Below, piece after piece: positions 42,597 to 44,007 of a DNA stretch of 44,007 nucleotides. A program made the position numbers and the translations under genes. The notes beneath the pieces are model-generated. The model was not told the origin of the DNA, made no database searches, and worked only from the letters and a program-made list of their open reading frames with translations. This DNA comes from a virus. Its lineage: Duplodnaviria; Caudoviricetes. The DNA is taken from the IMG/VR virus record IMGVR_UViG_3300014885_000001, positions 1 to 44,007 of that record; one strand, 5' to 3'. The first letter of the stretch is position 1. Each line of letters starts with the position of its first letter.

Positions 42597-43159
42597 GTAT
42601 CGGCGCAAGCGGTACGCATCTAAGCGCGTACTTATACGCGTAAGTGCTTGAAAAATAAAAATTTTTACGCAAATCGGCATTCAGGCTCGCGCGTTTCAGA
42701 TGACCACCCCCGGGCGGAGTCCCAAAAGGGGGCCCCTCGAGCGGGTGGGTGGGGGTGGGGTCGCAGCCTGGCGAGCGTGACGGCGCGCACGCTACTGCGC
42801 ATAATCCTTATTATGTTATTCGTAACGCTATGATGCGCAAGGCTTTATTGCGTTGCAGCGTGGATGATAGCGCTATCAACAGTGATATGCGTCACGGTTC
42901 GCGTGTGCGCCTAAGTATGTACTTAGACGCGGGCGAGCCCATACGGGTGAAAGCGGGCTGGCGAACACGCGACCGGCGCTGAGGCACTAATCCGTGTTCG
43001 ATTGTAAACCGTTTCACTTATACGAGGTTTACCGTCTAAGTCCGTTTCCTCTACTGTCGCGCCACTGTCTAGGCCGACTTATACGCGCTAACCCCTTGAT
43101 CCTTGCGCGTTTCGCCCTTAAAATTCTCTTGCGCCTAATATCCTACATCTCTCTTCTTA

Positions 43160-43183
43160 AGAGAGAGAGAGAGAGAGAGAGAG
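43160..43183. repeat. (AG)12 microsatellite in the AT-rich non-coding region
   Basis: Read directly; flanked by tctctcttctta and tatataatata. Confidence 0.95.
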
Positions 43184-43301
43184 TATATAATATAAGGGCC
43201 ACCCAATCACAACCGCCCAAAACCCGAGGCAGGATTTGGAAACTTTCAGATGTAGCTGTACAGACTTGCATTTACTAGCGCACCCGTGCTCTAATGCATC
43301 C

Positions 43302-43643
43302 ATGCGCTATCAAATACCCACAGATGCAGAGTGCGCCGACATCCTCACAGATGCGGAATTCCAAGCCTGCCCCACAGAGCGAGTCGTGATAGAGCGCGCT
43401 CGCGCTAAGGCCTGGGCCGACCACTGCGCTTCGGGCCCCTCCGGACAGCTGCGCGGACTGTCTCAAGGCTCGATAGGAGATTCCGTCCTGCTCGGCGGCT
43501 ACACGCAATCGCGACAGGTGTCTTCTCTGGTCGCTTCCGTAAGCATCAGCGAGAGTGCGCAGTTTCGTTGCAGCCTAGAGCGATCACTGATAGACGGCGC
43601 AGTCACCGGCGTGCGCGTTACGCTGGTACGTTTCACCAAGTGA
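43302..43643 (+). CDS. hypothetical protein
   Basis: ATG 43302, 113 aa; no recognisable motif. Confidence 0.5.
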   Translation: MRYQIPTDAECADILTDAEFQACPTERVVIERARAKAWADHCASGPSGQLRGLSQGSIGDSVLLGGYTQSRQVSSLVASVSISESAQFRCSLERSLIDGAVTGVRVTLVRFTK

Positions 43644-43695
43644 CGCTCAACGTCACAAGTGACGCGCCGCGTCGCACACTGACAATTTTCGTCAC
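43640..43695. promoter_or_regulatory. three phased palindromic sites GTGACG-N5-CGTCAC (putative enhancer or operator)
   Basis: gtgacgctcaacgtcac (43640), gtgacgcgccgcgtcgc (43659), ctgacaattttcgtcac (43679); 19-20 bp spacing. Confidence 0.7.
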
Positions 43696-43735
43696 CATGC
43701 ACCGCACCAACTAACAAGCCCGCCCGCTGAATCAC

Positions 43736-43751
43736 TGGCACGCCTATTGCA
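43736..43751 (+). promoter_or_regulatory. sigma-54 (-24/-12) promoter
   Basis: TGGCACG-CCTA-TTGCA is an exact match to TGGCACG-N4-TTGCW, ~40 nt upstream of the ATG at 43791. Confidence 0.8.
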
Positions 43752-43790
43752 GTATCTTCACCAACGAACCCGCAACGAGGAATCAAGACA

Positions 43791-44007
43791 ATGAGAACCC
43801 TTCACATCAACCAGCTACGCGCCATTGGCGCATGCTCAGAGCAAGTAGACCTTTTTCGCTCCCTGTTTGGCGAATCGGTCGACGTCACCGAGGCCCTGTG
43901 CGCGAAGCACTCCGGTAAATTCGATTGGCGTTTCGCCGCCAAACTACTTTCACCCCAAGGACAGGCGGAGTACAACCGCGTGACCGGCCTCGCGTGGGCG
44001 GAGTACA
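43791..44007 (+). CDS. N-terminal part of junction-spanning 189-aa tandem-repeat protein (continues at 1..471)
   Basis: GAGG RBS then ATG at 43791; translates MRTLHINQLRAIGACSEQVDLFRSLFGESVDVT-EALCAKHSGKFDWRFAAKLLSPQGQ, in frame with frame 1 at position 1. Confidence 0.85.
   Translation, partial: MRTLHINQLRAIGACSEQVDLFRSLFGESVDVTEALCAKHSGKFDWRFAAKLLSPQGQAEYNRVTGLAWAEY
43890..44007. repeat. 118-bp exact terminal repeat (copy 2)
   Basis: Identical to 1-118; unique genome length is 43,889 bp. Confidence 0.95.

Noticed and set aside
42399-43278. Short ORFs in the control region
   Set aside because: They overlap the tRNA, repeats and microsatellite, lack a clear RBS and show no protein-like features

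Overview
This window is an apparently complete, circularly assembled genome of a high-GC tailed dsDNA phage, about 43,889 bp. Bases 1-118 are repeated exactly at 43890-44007, and one ORF reads through the junction. The + strand arm (about 43300 through the junction to 13994) carries a replication module (DUF2800 Cas4-like nuclease, DUF2815 SSB, family A DNA polymerase, VRR-NUC, SNF2 helicase, primase-helicase), a holin-like gene plus GH24 lysozyme, and a nucleotide-hydrolase cluster (T5 A1-like metallophosphoesterase, HD hydrolase, DUF5664-like diphosphohydrolase). The - strand arm (42560 down to 13980) is a podovirus-like morphogenesis operon: tRNA-Trp, terminase, portal, scaffold, major capsid, adaptor, a split nozzle-like gene, ejection proteins and a tail fibre. 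I recognise no integrase, repressor or RNA polymerase. The most unusual features are: (1) a glycan-building pathway (CapD-like dehydratase, GT2, FkbM methyltransferase, GT-D/DUF1792, GT8-like, plus a DUF115/Maf-like enzyme) embedded in the head operon, suggesting virion glycosylation; (2) a perfect sigma-54 promoter with three phased palindromes in front of an 11 x 11-aa repeat protein; (3) a hairpin-hairpin-tRNA-like RNA cassette in the replication operon; (4) a short T(E/Q)FP motif shared by replication proteins; (5) a possible A1/A2-like gene pair sharing an N-terminal motif. All product calls come from motif recognition by eye, not from database searches.
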